The translations under genes were made by a program, and so were the position numbers. DNA of 64,000 bases from positions 35,154,001-35,218,000 of the forward strand of contig OZ024749.1 in the NCBI GenBank assembly GCA_964016885.1. The letters are read 5' to 3'. Of this stretch, positions 1 to 14,291 are shown in pieces. The notes under the pieces are model-generated. The model saw only the letters and a list, made by a program, of their open reading frames with translations, was not told where the DNA came from and ran no database searches. The DNA comes from Eledone cirrhosa (lineage: Eukaryota). Position 1 is the first letter of the stretch. Each line of letters opens with the position of its first letter.

Positions 1-1200
1 ATGGTGATATTGACACAGGTGCTATTCACCATTACTTTGGATTTCTCGGAACTGATCTTCATTCCATATGCTCCTGCTTTTTCAATAAGTTTGTTGGTCA
101 TGTCATGTCATGGAGCCCGTTGTTACTGCCTGCTATGAGGTCACTGTCGTCTGTAAAACGTAGGTTACAGACGGGTCTACTACCGACAGAGATTGAGGGT
201 TTCTTGCATGATTTCTTCTAAAAAAGGTTGAACTGCGCTGGTGGCATGTTTATAAAGGGCCTGGATGACTTGGATAATTCCATTTTCTACATTGAATTCC
301 CGTCATGCATTACACGATCAAACGCTTTTTTGAAATCGACGAAATTGTGGAACACGTCCTTCTGATGCTGCAGGTGTTTCTCTACGAGGATCTTACAACT
401 GAAGACTTTTTTCATTGTACTTCGTACGGCTCTATAACCTGCTTGTTTTTCTAACAATAATTCTTCGGCCTTAGAGTGGAGCAAGATCTTACTAGGGTGC
501 CTGATCAGGCTTATTGTCCTATAATTTTGACTCACTTCTTGGTGAGGAGTATTACCAGTCCACTCGTTAGGCCGCTTTTTTTTTGTTCCCAATGGCATAA
601 TGCTGTTAGGGTTTTGATGGTTTCTTCACCTCCACAACTTATCAGCTCAGAGGTGTCTTTCCAGGTTTCAAACTCCTTACTGCCGCTTCAATCTCATTCA
701 GTATTAACGGACTGGTCTCGTCTTCTGTGGAGTGCTGATCAGTTTGCAGGTATCTGGTGGAGCTGGTAATTGTACAAACCATCAGAGTATTGAGTCCTCT
801 TCACTGTCCGTCACTAGGTTACCATTCTCGTCCCCTATGACCGGTGCCCTCGACTGGATGATCTTAGTATTTTTTAAGAGTATTGTAGGCCTGTTTGCTA
901 TTGCCAGTATACATATCCTCAATAGTTTTGCACTGTTTCTGTATCCATTACTCTTGAGCTGCCCGCATTTTCACGAGATAGATGTCCTATTAACTTTTAA
1001 CCTACGTAACAGAACCAAATTGGCCTCCATTCTCCTCTTTGATGCCATACACTGCAAAACGACCTCGGAGATGTTGGTTGTACTAGCATCGTCTGGCATG
1101 TTTTCGCTCGACTTTCCAACTCCCCAATGGTGCCTGGCTCAACGCAGTAACCACCACTTTCAGCAGGCACTCAGACTCATGCTGCACACAGCTCGATGGG
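1..1200 (-). mobile_element. Degenerate RTE-like LINE ORF2 fragment
   Basis: NYRTISLI.HPSKILL, EKQAGYR, FVDFKKAFDRV (287-598) and RFTDD...GAYGMKISSEKSKVM (1-170). Frameshifts and deletions; the upstream boundary is approximate. Confidence 0.8.
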
Positions 1201-2261
1201 AGTACATGGCAATCATCCCGTTTCGCCTGTGTATATTTGCATATATATAGTAAAAGACAAAATTTGAAGAATTTCTTAAAGTTTAACGTTTTTTATTGAC
1301 AACGTATAAATCACTTTCATAGTTTTTCTCATTTCATTTTTTCTTACAGATGTCCAGCCTTCTCGGTCATATGTTTTTGCCCTGACCACAGATTTTCATC
1401 GTGGAAGTTTCCTGAAGAGCAGTGAAGTGTCTGTTAATAAAAAGTTTACATATTATATATACGAATTGTGTTCAGTTCATGAATAAATAAATCTTTACAT
1501 ATTTTACGAACTGTGTTACTATTTTGATAATTAAATTCTTCCCTTCGAAAGAAAGTCTTTTTCTCCAGCAAGCCAGATTGTAAAAAAAAACACTAATTTT
1601 CTACATGCTTGCATTAAAATACATTTTATAAAGGGAGGTAGCTCTTCAAAATAAAGAATTATCTCCTTTGAGTATATAAAAAGTGTAAATGTACTGTTGG
1701 AAGTAAGGGAGTTAATAATCCAAAGGGGGATAATTCCCGTTTTGTTTCAGTAAAACGGCTGCGTTATCAATAGGCGGTGGCCAGGCATACTTAGCAATAG
1801 CCACCACGAAACGAACACCAGTCACATAGACTGGGAGTCGATGCGAAACGAAGGGAGGTAATTCCGTATTCGGAGTCATATTTTTACAAGAAAATTAGCG
1901 CATTGGTGGTATTACGACGATGAGGGATACGATCTCTGAATTGCTTTTCTTTAAATTATGAATTTATATTCATAAAAAAAATCGTCTTGAGACCAACGTA
2001 CTAACTAATTTTCTTATGAAAATCTGTATTCCGAACGAATTACTTCCATTCATTTCGTTTATATCTTTTAACAATGAATAATCACTTACCTCCGTATAGA
2101 CGATAGTCCAGCTACATTAATGACGCACTTCTTTCGCCCTCTATGGTTGTAGTGACCATGGTTTAGCTGGCTGTAGGAGACCCTATGGTAAGTATACACC
2201 TTATAAGCCAGGCATTGACCAGGTGGCCGTACGAGATATGAAAGGTATACGTCCTAAAATT

Positions 2262-2412
2262 GCTTCTTTCACGCTGAGTTGCTGAAGCATGGAACAAACT
2301 ACCTGCATCGGTTGTTAGCTGTCGGGGCACTGCGTCCTTTGATGAGTTGTAGTGTACCTGAGCACTGTAACCTGCACCTTTGATGAGTTGTAGTGCACCT
2401 GAGGTCTGTAAC
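2262..2412 (+). mobile_element. Deleted fragment of the same CR1/L2-like 3' end
   Basis: gagttgctgaagcatggaacaaact..cctgc..gttgttagctg and tttgatgagttgtagtgcacctgag match the reverse complement of 42560-42800. Confidence 0.7.
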
Positions 2413-3404
2413 CTGGTATTGCCTAGGATTTAGCTGGCTGTAGGAGAACCTACATCCTAAAACTGCTTCTTTCACCCTCTAATATGGTACTGACTATGAT
2501 TTATCTGGCCCTAGGAGAACCTATACGTTAACCACATCCTAAAACCGTTACTTTCGCCCCCTAACCTGGCATTCCAATACTAATATGTAGCAGAGTAATA
2601 TATATGAAGGGTTAATTAAACTGATATTTTTATATCAGGTACATTGGTTCTCAACAACACCCAGATGGTTGCATGCTAAACATAATGAGGGGTGGGACAC
2701 TTGGAGAAGAGATGGACACTGTCAAGCATTTCTAAGACTCATTGAACTGTCATTATGGAGACACAGCAAAACATAGAATAACACCCCAGCAACTGCACCA
2801 GCTACAAGAAACGAATTAATGTATATTTATGTGTGGGTGTTTTTGTTGTGTCACTGTCATGTTCTCTTTACAAGGTGGGCTGGGTGTTTTTTGTCAGGTC
2901 TCCAATAGGACCCCTTCACAGGTTGGGCTGGATGTTTTTGTCGTGTCACCAGTACGATCACCCTGAAGAGGGTGGGTGGGCCAGGTGTTCTTTTTGTTAT
3001 GTTACCTTAGAGAGAGGACTTGGTGCAATTTTGTCTTGAAACCAACATGGCCACCTTAGAGGGTAGACAGAGTTTTTAGTCACCCCAGCAGCATTGTGGA
3101 TGGTTGGAGAGGTAAGTCTAAGGTGGCCATGTCGGTTTCATGACAAAATGGCTGCTGCTGATTTGGTCACCTAGGTAACAAACTGTTGACTATTTCTACA
3201 GAGCCCTCTGGGCATTTAAAGGAGCTAGTATCCAGTGACTTCTTGCTACTAATACATTCTTTTGTAATAGTAGTGTGTAATCCAAGAAATATGTGTTTTA
3301 GACTATATTACTGTGCTTTTGGAACACCCATCTCCGCTGCTAATTTGGTCACACAGGTAACAAACTATCAACTACTACAGGGCCCTTCTAGCATTTAAAA
3401 CAGT

Positions 3405-4080
3405 GGAGTGGGATTGAAAGATGTGTTTAAGACTACATAATCTAATATGCAATTTTAAAATAGTGATATACGATATGAGAAAGGTGTATTGTCTAATGTC
3501 CTAAAATATTGGAGGGTGATACAAGAAAGATGTAGTTAAGACTGTATTGTCTGTCTCCTTTGAAAATAGTATGCGTGATATAAGTAAGATGCGCTTTGGT
3601 CAGTATTGTCTAATATGTTTAAAATAGTGGAGTGTGATATAAAAATGTATTTAAGACTATATTATTTATGTAATTTTAAAACAGTTGTGTAATATGACAA
3701 AGGTGTATTTAAGATTGTACTGTATAATGACCTAGTATGATAGAAATATATATTTATTAAATAGGATAAAGATACCATAACTCCTTGTGGAGTTATAGAG
3801 GCACCGTCATACGGTGTGTCTAGGAAAATTTAAAACCTGGTGGAGCCCAACCCTCTCCAGGTCTGAACACAGTCGATTTTCTCTATAGAAGAAGAATCAA
3901 CACCAGTATTGGACTCAGAACGTGCAATCAATGAGGTGAGACGAATACTGCCTATTTATCTAATATGTAATTTTAAAATAGTTTTTTGCGATACAAAAAA
4001 GATGTATTTAAGACTATATTGTCTAATGTCTTTAAGACTGTATTGTATAGTGTCCTTTTAAAATAGTGAAGTGTGATGAA
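3405..4080. repeat. Degenerate ~60-bp tandem repeat (gatgtatttaagactatattgtctaat...aaaatagtgg)
   Basis: Repeated motif, interrupted at ~3740-3950. Confidence 0.7.
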
Positions 4081-5635
4081 GGTGGGTTTTCTGTAATACT
4101 TCATAGCACCAGAGGTCTCAGTTCTGTCATCGCTTTAGTGAGGTGTAATTGAGCCTCACTATATAATATATATTATTGAGTTTTTAAAAATAGTTTAATG
4201 GGTTAGCAAGAGTTAGATGTTTTCATGGACAAAGTCAGTACTGAAGTGGGGACACTGATCTCCTAGATGGGCCAGGGATCAGCATGTCGCTTACATATGG
4301 CCGCATACAGAGTGCATCAGTACAGGTGAGGCTGTCATGTCTTTGACACAACTAAAGGGTCATCCAAACCCTTTCTAAGGCTGGATGCCCTTCCTATCAC
4401 CAACCACATTACAGCTTGTACTGGGTGTGTTTATCGTATAGATAACCAACACTAGAACCAACACTAGAGAGGTTGTGTTTTGACACAACTGAATGGTAAT
4501 TGTTCTCTCAAGTCTTTTCACCAACCACCTTGAAGGGTGTACCAGGTGAATTTTCGTGGTATCAACACTAGATAGGTTTCTGGTCGTTGTCCAAACGGAT
4601 GAGACCCCTCTGCTGCCGGAGGGGGTGAAAACAATAGAAGGGAAATAAATATGAAGTTACGACAAATGTGGAGTGATTTGACAGGGTGATGAGTGACAAA
4701 TACCGCAGAAAAAACTAATTTCACCTCTAACACGAAATGGGCGAAGTTGTAAAAAAAAACACCCCGAATTTTGTTTACATTTCTTTCTTAACGTGTGTTA
4801 AACAAACACACCTATGAAATTTAGATAGATGGCCGAACTGCAGTTACACAACTGAATAACATGTACGTGTGGTGCCAGCGAGGTAGTAGTCTTTCACTTT
4901 TAAACATAGCAGCTATATCTCCTTCAAATTACACTCTACACTTTATTTTGTTAAAAAGTGACGTATTACAAAATATAATTCTAGATACACAATGTCAGAA
5001 ATACTAAACAACACGAAATAGTCACGACTGGAATATCTATGAACAAAAGGTCAGCTTAGTTAGTCTGACATAACAGACACCGAGAAATGAATTTCTATAA
5101 GAGAAAATATTACATCCAATATTTTCTGCAATGTGTAATTGTGGGCGTGTATGTCTTCTCGTGTTTTGTTTGTCATTTTTAACTTTCCTTATTTCTATAA
5201 TTAATTTCTCCCTTTCTCTCTGTATATATTTATATATATTTCATTTGCAAATCATATTAGTTAAATAAATAACTTATATAAGTTGAAATAGTTAATATAA
5301 TATAAAAAAATTAAGTTTAGTTCGGTAATAATTAAGTGTCACACTTCATATTTCCCGGTCTTCTTTACATGTGCTACCTTTCAAAGCTAGTCACACATTC
5401 TCAGTCACGTTTTCGTATTTTGGCAGTGAAAATTTTTGTTTAGTATAATTGTTATGGAATAAAGTTTATTAAACAAATTTCTATTTAATTATATAATTTT
5501 TGCTATAGAAAATAATAAAATTAAGTCAGGGAAGGAGCAGCTGATCCTACCACAGTGGTGGTCATAACGGGAGTCCGAAACATAAGGTTAAGTGTATGAA
5601 ATTTTAAATATACTATATATATATATATATATTAA

Positions 5636-5976
5636 TCATCATCATCATCATCATCGTTTAACGTCCATCTTCCCCGCTAGCATGGGTTTGGACAGGAATA
5701 TTGCCACTTGACGCAAGATTGGTTGTCTTGCTCGTATAGGACTCTCTGGCGGGTTTTCTACGGCTGGATGCCCTTCCTAACACCAACCACGTTTACAGTG
5801 TGGACTGGGAGGTTTTTACCGTGTTACCTACACGGCCACATTACAGCGTGGACTGTGTGTTTTTTTGTTGTGACACCTACACAACCTCATTTATTTAGGA
5901 CTGGATGTTGTGGTACCAACATAACTTTACCTCGAAAGGGGTGGTGTGGATGGGGGTGTAAGAGGTGCCTACTGTA
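5636..5976 (-). mobile_element. RTE-family 3'UTR fragment
   Basis: Homologous to 59982-60365, with a (CAT)n tail on the plus strand and TA flanks. Confidence 0.75.
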
Positions 5977-5977
5977 G

Positions 5978-6043
<66 letters not shown>

Positions 6044-6758
6044 TATTTAAAATTATATATATATATATGCTAGCGTGGAAAATGGACGTTAAACGATGAT
6101 GATGATGTTGATGATGATGATGATATATAATTTTAAATATACTATATAGAAATAGCCCAGAAATAGCCGTCAAAACGGCTCGAGCTCTGCCATCAGGGTC
6201 AAACATTTTCCAATATATATAATATATATCAAGGTTTCGTTAACAGTAATGCAATCAATAATGGAGATTTATCTCCACATTATAGAATTGTTTTTGTATG
6301 TGATGCAATAAAGAACAAAGATATATAATTATTTTTAATTCAATTAACTCAAAAAAGATATGTGATCATTTATTTTCTTTCAGTTTACAGTACAGCAATA
6401 CATAGATACATATATAGCGAGAGGCCCTTTTTCGGTTAACTTTTGATGTGTGTTGTTGCTGTCCCTGCTGCATTTCTTGCTGTTATATAGGCCCATCTGC
6501 TTGTCTCAGAAGACAGTAGAATGTCTAGGCACCCATTGAAAACATTTACATCTATACCATGTGGATCAACCAAGAATTTCAGCAGGAACCTGAAAAGTTG
6601 TAGGCCATTGAACTCTATGGTATTTCACTATCTTGTCAAAGATACATTTTCAAACCTGTAGGTTACGATTAATTTGATGGAATTCAACTTTCAGTCCCAA
6701 TGCATGGTACCGAGTAAAATTTGATAGATGGAAACTGCAGATGACCACAGTATATATA

Positions 6759-6790
6759 TGACGAAGGGCTAAAACCTGATACGTTAAACT
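6759..6790 (+). ncRNA. Degenerate minimal hammerhead motif (Penelope-like remnant)
   Basis: TGACGA-AGG-GCTAAAA-CCT-GATA-CGTTAAAC, between two (TA)n runs. Same family as 42379-42414. Confidence 0.4.
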
Positions 6791-7586
6791 TCTTTTTTTT
6801 CATCTAAACAGGAACCTTATAACATTAATTGTGTTTGCCTTTTTTTAAATATATATATATATATATATACAGGGGTGGTGGAAGCATTTCTGAATTGGGT
6901 GGGGGAGGGCAAATTTGATTAAATCAGTTGTAGAGATTAGTTTAACTGTTATTATCAAATATCAACCAAGATATAAAAAAGTTTGATATGTGATAAAAAT
7001 AACATGTACATAAATTGTAGCGCATATACAAATAGATATGTGTTTTGGTCGTTTGGGGAGAAAAATATAATTATTAGGGAAGGGGGGGGGGGACACATGG
7101 CACCCACAATTTCACCACCCCTGTTATATATATATGTGTGTGTGTTTATGTCCCATATCTCAGTGATTCAACAAGCAATTGATAAAGTTAATACCAGACT
7201 TGAAGACAAAGTACAGTTATAGCCTTGTTTTTTTAAAAAAAAATCAAGGGAGAGCTGAGCAGCAGAAGAGGGCAAACTCAATCAAGTGTTTCCACATAAA
7301 AATAACCAGTTTCATATCGGTGTGAGCTAATTATGACACTGATGTAGTGCTTTCCTATTACCTCTACTTGAGTTGACCTCTGGTAACTTTAAATTGTGTT
7401 CAGATTACCAGGAGATAGAAGAAATTGACTTCAAATAATCTCCTTGGCATAACTCCAATGTAATTTCATCCCATGATCCAAGATTTTAGGTTATCCATAT
7501 TCAAAACAATATATATATATATATATATATATAAAACAAAATTTTTCTTTCTAACATGGTGCATACCTAAATGTATTTGTGAGTGA

Positions 7587-7790
7587 ATAATAATTGTTTC
7601 TACTATTGGCACAAGGCCAGCAATTATCCCAGTGCATTACTGGTACTTTATTTTATCGACCTCCGTAAGGATGAAAGGCAAAGTTAACCTCGCCGAGGTT
7701 TAAACTCAAAATGGCAAGGGCCGTACCTCTATGCGTCAAAGCATGGTGTCTGACCCTCTACCGATACTGCCAATCCGAATAATAATAATA
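7587..7790 (-). mobile_element. Abundant SINE-like family with (ATT)n ends; other copies at ~9990-10085, 37243-37380, 38130-38280, 40997-41070, 48886-48955
   Basis: Recurrent core ggcacaaggccagcaattatcccagtgcattactggtactttattttatcgacc...aggatgaaaggcaaagttaacctc...atttgaactc. The last motif is box B-like on the minus strand. Confidence 0.75.
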
Positions 7791-7958
7791 TTATAACAGC
7801 CTCATTAACACCATGTGTGTTTTCTAGATGACCATGCCATCCTTTTGTTCCAGCAGTAGCTGAGAAAAAGCAGTCGACAATTGTTTCGGAGTTGTTGTGC
7901 CTTATCGAGACTGTGTATTCTCGTTGCTGCTACCCACTGGAACTGCTGATAATACATA

Positions 7959-7998
<40 letters not shown>

Positions 7999-8696
7999 CA
8001 ATTGGCCAGGGTAGTATCTCTTGCTTTCATTACTAAGGGAAGAGAACTCTAAATAATTTAACTAAGGGAAATAATTTCTTGTCTAACAAAATTTTGTGTA
8101 TATCTTTAAAAAAAGTTAAGGAGCAAACGTAACACTACATGGATGGAAATGCTATAAATAGAAACGAAATATACCTGAAAGGACACATTGAATAATATAC
8201 TATTAGATATACTGCGTCTGAAAAGTTGATAGAATGACCCCTTCTGGAATAGCATGTGAATGTATGACTAGGCAGATAGCATGGGTATATATATATGTGT
8301 TGGAGCCATGGCAGGAAGTAAGGAACTTAATTTCATGTAAAACTTTTTATAAATACAAGTGTTGAAGCAGATGGATAAATATTGGTCTGTGGGTCAGAAT
8401 AGATCAGTACTGGTCACTATGGGTCAATGTATGCTGGAGAAGAATATAGTAAATACCAGTGTATTACTGGTACTTGGTTTAATCAACTGTAAAGTTGTAC
8501 CAGGTTACTATCGTAATATCTTCTGTTATTTACTCACTGCTCTCAATCATATGTTCTTGACAAGGTATTTAGACATTATATGTCTGTGAGAGTGCTGACG
8601 AAAATCTTCAATATCAATGGTAGCTATCAATTTCAATGACAACCAGGCTGAAATTCGGTGTATATAGCACTTGATAGACCTTAGTTAAAATGACGA

Positions 8697-8960
8697 GTGT
8701 TTCAGTTGTTTGATTAACAGAACAGCCTGCTCATGAAATTAACATGTAGACGCGTGTACATTGAACTTAGGGAGATTCAGTGTGACATGGCTGACCCTTT
8801 GCAATACAGTTACAATTCATTTTCCCCCAGTTCAGTGGACTGGGAGCAACATAAAATACAGTATCTTCCTCAAGGACATAACACACCAGTGAGGTCTGAC
8901 TCACAACCTTACTATCCTCAGCTGGACACCCTAAACACTAAGTCATACACCTTCACAGTG
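8697..8960 (-). mobile_element. Diverged tRNA-derived SINE (related copy at ~11625-11840)
   Basis: Shares gtggactggagcaac..aaata..gt.tctt..tcaaggaca.aac with the 39.5 kb SINE head. Confidence 0.6.
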
Positions 8961-9694
8961 TATTGATATTGTACTGTGTAAATTAGTGGAGTGTGACATA
9001 GTTTTAAACAACTGTGGATCCAAGGTGTGTAGCAGTCCCTAATTATGAGGGGTGGGGGTGATGGCTGGTCTGTAGCCAGAGCCATGCCACAATACTTAAA
9101 GGGGCCCAAATATATTTGTTTGCTATCATAAATAATACACAAGGGCTCTTAAATTAAATTTTCAGCCTGGGTCCCCATGTAAACTTACTCTGTCCCTGGT
9201 TGTGTAGTTCAGAATAAAATGACTGGAAGAAAGCTGTAATAGATAGAGTTTATTATTAGAGCACAAAATACAATATTGAAAATATTTGCTGCAAGACTAG
9301 CTGGAAAGATGAGGAGAGTTATGTCAGAGAGAGAATGGTTTAACAAAGGATTAACAACATGTGAGGAAGGCATCATTTAGAGCTGAATACACTCACAATT
9401 TAGCCATTATAGCAGTTTACAGGGGTCACTGGAAGAGGGACAGTTGGATATATATCTATATCTGATGACAGACTGCTGGCTTCATCTAAATGTTGACCTC
9501 ACACAAACAAGAAATGACCCCTGCCCTCCCACCCCCATCTAAATGTTGACCTCACACAAATAAGAAATGACCCCCGGTTGGACTAAAATCTAAAGACAGC
9601 CCACAAAACATAATATCTTCATCTTTACTTTAAAGATGTCTGCAGTATATAAATAATGTTTTTTTTTTTTTTTCAAGGGAATGTTTTAAGCCGG

Positions 9695-10346
9695 TTTAGT
9701 GTTACATAACATAAGATATTAGTATGTTAGTGGTGTTACATAACATAACAGTAGTTATTAGTACTTCACTGGTGTCACATAACAAAACATTAGGCATTAG
9801 TACTTTAGTGGTGTGACAACATAACACTAAATATTAGTACTGTAGAACACTAGGTATTAGTACTTTAGTGGTGTGATAACACTAGATATTAGTACTTACC
9901 TGTGGTTACATAAGAGTAGATATTAGTACTTCATTGGTGTTACATAACAATACTAAGCATTAGTACTTTAGTGCTGTTACACAGGAGTTATTTTGCCTTT
10001 CATCCTTACGGGGTTGATAAAATAAAGTACCAGTAATGCACTGGGATAATTGCTGGCCTTGTGCCAAAAGTAGAAACAGTTATTAGTACTTTAGTGGTGT
10101 TACACAGCAGTAGTTATTAGTACTTTACTGGTGCTATACAGTAGGTAATAGTACTTTAGTGGTGTGACAACATAACTCTAGATATTAGTACTGACCTGCT
10201 GTTACATAAGAATAGATATTAGTACTTTATTGGTGTTACATAACATAATACTAAGCATTAGTACTTTAGTGCTGTTACATAGTAGGTATTAATACTCTAG
10301 TGGTGTTACACAACAGTAGGTATTAGTACTTCAGTGGTGTTACATA
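9695..10346. repeat. Degenerate ~33-42 bp minisatellite (tattagtactttagtggtgttaca) interrupted by a SINE fragment
   Basis: Recurring tattagtact motif. Confidence 0.9.
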
Positions 10347-11027
10347 TTTGGACCTGTGTTAACATTCACCAAGGATAGGTTGAGCCAAACTCCAGCTAGT
10401 GGAACCCCAGTGTCATAAACAGAAGTCCACTATGCATGGCAATCACAGATATTGGACATATATACTGTCAGCCAGTCATGATTCCAACAGTAGACACCAT
10501 ATATATACATAAGGACCAGATATTGCCAGTCAGTAATGATTCCAATGACAGACACCATATATATATACATATATACATATATATATGCATATATATCTAT
10601 ATATACATATATAAACACACACAGGGTGTCCCCCACCAAATACATACACACTTTGATTACCTGTACGGGCAATCAAATGCTGTTGAAGTGTGTGTATATT
10701 TTTTGGTGGCACCCTGTGTGTGTGTGTATATATATATATATATGTGTATGTATGTAAGGACCAGATATTAGCTCAAGACCCAACATGATTGTGTCAATGT
10801 CAATTTTCAAAATGTCTGCCTTCTCATTTACATCATATACGGAGGGATTCAGGTATGACTGTATTATGGCTGAGTTCACCTTATAGGTGGCAGAGTGTGT
10901 GACCAAACCAATGGAGTTATAAATATATATATGTATACATATTTATATTAAATATGTATGTATCTATATAGCCACATAGAACATTTAACAGAATGTATAT
11001 ATGCAGACACATCACGCACACACGCAC

Positions 11028-11067
<40 letters not shown>

Positions 11068-11104
11068 CACAATCATCATTAAATGTCTGTTTTTCCTGCT
11101 CCAA

Positions 11105-12580
<1,476 letters not shown>

Positions 12581-12823
12581 CCGGCCAGATTGTCACATTA
12601 AAGATAACACCAGTCAAATATTGATATATATTCCACATTTAAACATACTTAAGGCAGTTTTCTACAGATTTCCAGGCTATCTTGATTCTTTACCTGTCAG
12701 TTCTCACTTAAAATAGCCTGGAAATATATGTATGAGTGTGTGTGAGTTAAATGTATAAATTGTCACACACATAGAGTGACACATACACGTGTGTATATAT
12801 ATACACAGCCATATAGTGTTTAG

Positions 12824-12909
12824 TCAGACACTTGTTTCATAATTCAGTAGTCCTGTGGAGTCTGAACTGATACTGCTGTAGCTGGTGTCTGGACAGGGAG
12901 CTGGGAGAC
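12824..12909 (-). CDS. BVES: Popeye domain protein, terminal coding exon (GLPAPCPDTSYSSISSDSTGLLNYETSV*)
   Basis: Acceptor tgttttcttctactgtag|GT is phase-compatible with exon 3. The frame is open to TGA at 12826-12824 and ends in ETSV. Confidence 0.72.
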
Positions 12910-13289
12910 CTACAGTAGAAGAAAACAACACATAGTTCAAATATATATATATATATAGTTGAAGGAAACGACTCAACAGAGGTACAAAAAGACTTATTTG
13001 TTTCATGCTTTATATGGAAAAGGAGCTTTAATACCAGAATAACCACTGTTAACTAGAAGCTTTCAGACCAGAATAAACACAAGAACTTCTAACCTGACTT
13101 CTAGTCTTAAAGCACCTATTTAACAGTGGTTATTGTGGTCTTAAAGCTGCTATTTAACTGTGTTTGATCTGATCTTAAAACTGCTATTTAAAGAAACATC
13201 ACTAAAAGGGAATCTTTAGGAAAATGGTCAGTTTTGTAAATTAGACAGTATCTTTCTCCTAGGCCCAAACTGACAACTAGGTAGGTAGG

Positions 13290-13385
<96 letters not shown>

Positions 13386-13679
13386 ATATATAGGATGTAC
13401 TTATGGCTGTATTATTCATAAATCTGATCTGGCTTGCATAGACTGGGATTCTGTCAATTTTCTTCAGCAGTCTGAAAAACCTAAACATTTGGCCATTGGT
13501 TAACACAAACTCACCCCTAAAGGCTTAGGGTCCTGGTCATTAATTAATACAGCTTTGGGTTTTAGGCAATATGTTTTGCAATAGCTACCACCTCATAATT
13601 GACTATAGTTGTCTTTAGAGATCAATACACCAATAGTTCAATAGTTTAAGAAAAAGAAAACAGAGTTAAAATATCTGAC

Positions 13680-13974
13680 CTTTCAACTCTACTGAGTTAT
13701 TGATTGTGATTTTAGTGAGGCTGTTACAGGAACTTTTAGTGGCCAGGCTGCTTCTGATGTCAACCATGGAAGAATGGCGACTAGAGGGAGGGCAGTGCAT
13801 GTAATCAGGGTTGTTCTGCAGTAATTCCTGGATCTGATAGAGTTTGTGGGTGATGTCTTTACCCAGTAAATTATGGATGACAGTACCAAGGAATGGATGG
13901 TCATGGAGAAACCTTTGTATGGCTGCACAGTTCCAGGAGAGTAGGCTACAGTCTTCTGTGGCTACCAATGTGAC
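13680..13974 (-). CDS. BVES: Popeye domain protein, coding exon 3 (VTLVATEDCSLLSW...LLGKDITHKLY...ELK)
   Basis: Polypyrimidine tract plus cacag acceptor. Completes the FQ|VT motif and contains the conserved GKDITxKLY. Donor G|GTCAGA at 13680/13679, phase 1. 295 nt. Confidence 0.9.
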
Positions 13975-14019
13975 CTGTGAAGACAGAGAGAGATAGTGAA
14001 ACAGAGAGAGAGACAACTA

Positions 14020-14165
14020 GTACAACAGTAAGGTAACAATAATAATAACAACAACTAATATAGCAACAACAACAGTAAGATAGCAAAAACAACAGTAATA
14101 TAACAACAACAACAGTAATATAGCAACAACAACAGTAATATAGCAACAACAACAGTAATATAGCC
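14020..14165. repeat. (AAC)n-based 21-bp repeat filling the 202-nt second coding intron
   Basis: tagcaacaacaacagtaata units. Confidence 0.85.
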
Positions 14166-14176
14166 AGAGGAAGTAC

Positions 14177-14291
14177 CTGGAATTTCTCACAGTTCTGCCA
14201 GTGTGGTTGACAATATTCATATTCTGCAGAGTCAAGTATTTGGTTAGAACTGATGTAATGTAGGAACAGACTGTCGTAGGTGACTTTTAAC
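14177..14291 (-). CDS. BVES: Popeye domain protein, coding exon 2 (R-LKVTYDSLFLHYISSNQILDSAEYEYCQPHWQNCEKFQ)
   Basis: Acceptor gtcag|G completes the phase-2 Arg codon; donor CAG|GTACTT. 115 nt. Aligns with vertebrate KMKVSY..HFLH.I...FIDSPE...EKFQ. Confidence 0.93.

Noticed and set aside
732-1250. 172-aa plus-strand ORF
   Set aside because: Antisense to a degenerate LINE; no recognisable domain.
8591-8662. AGTG-CTGACGA...GAAA...CACT possible hammerhead
   Set aside because: No stem II pairing, and the base at the cleavage position would be G.
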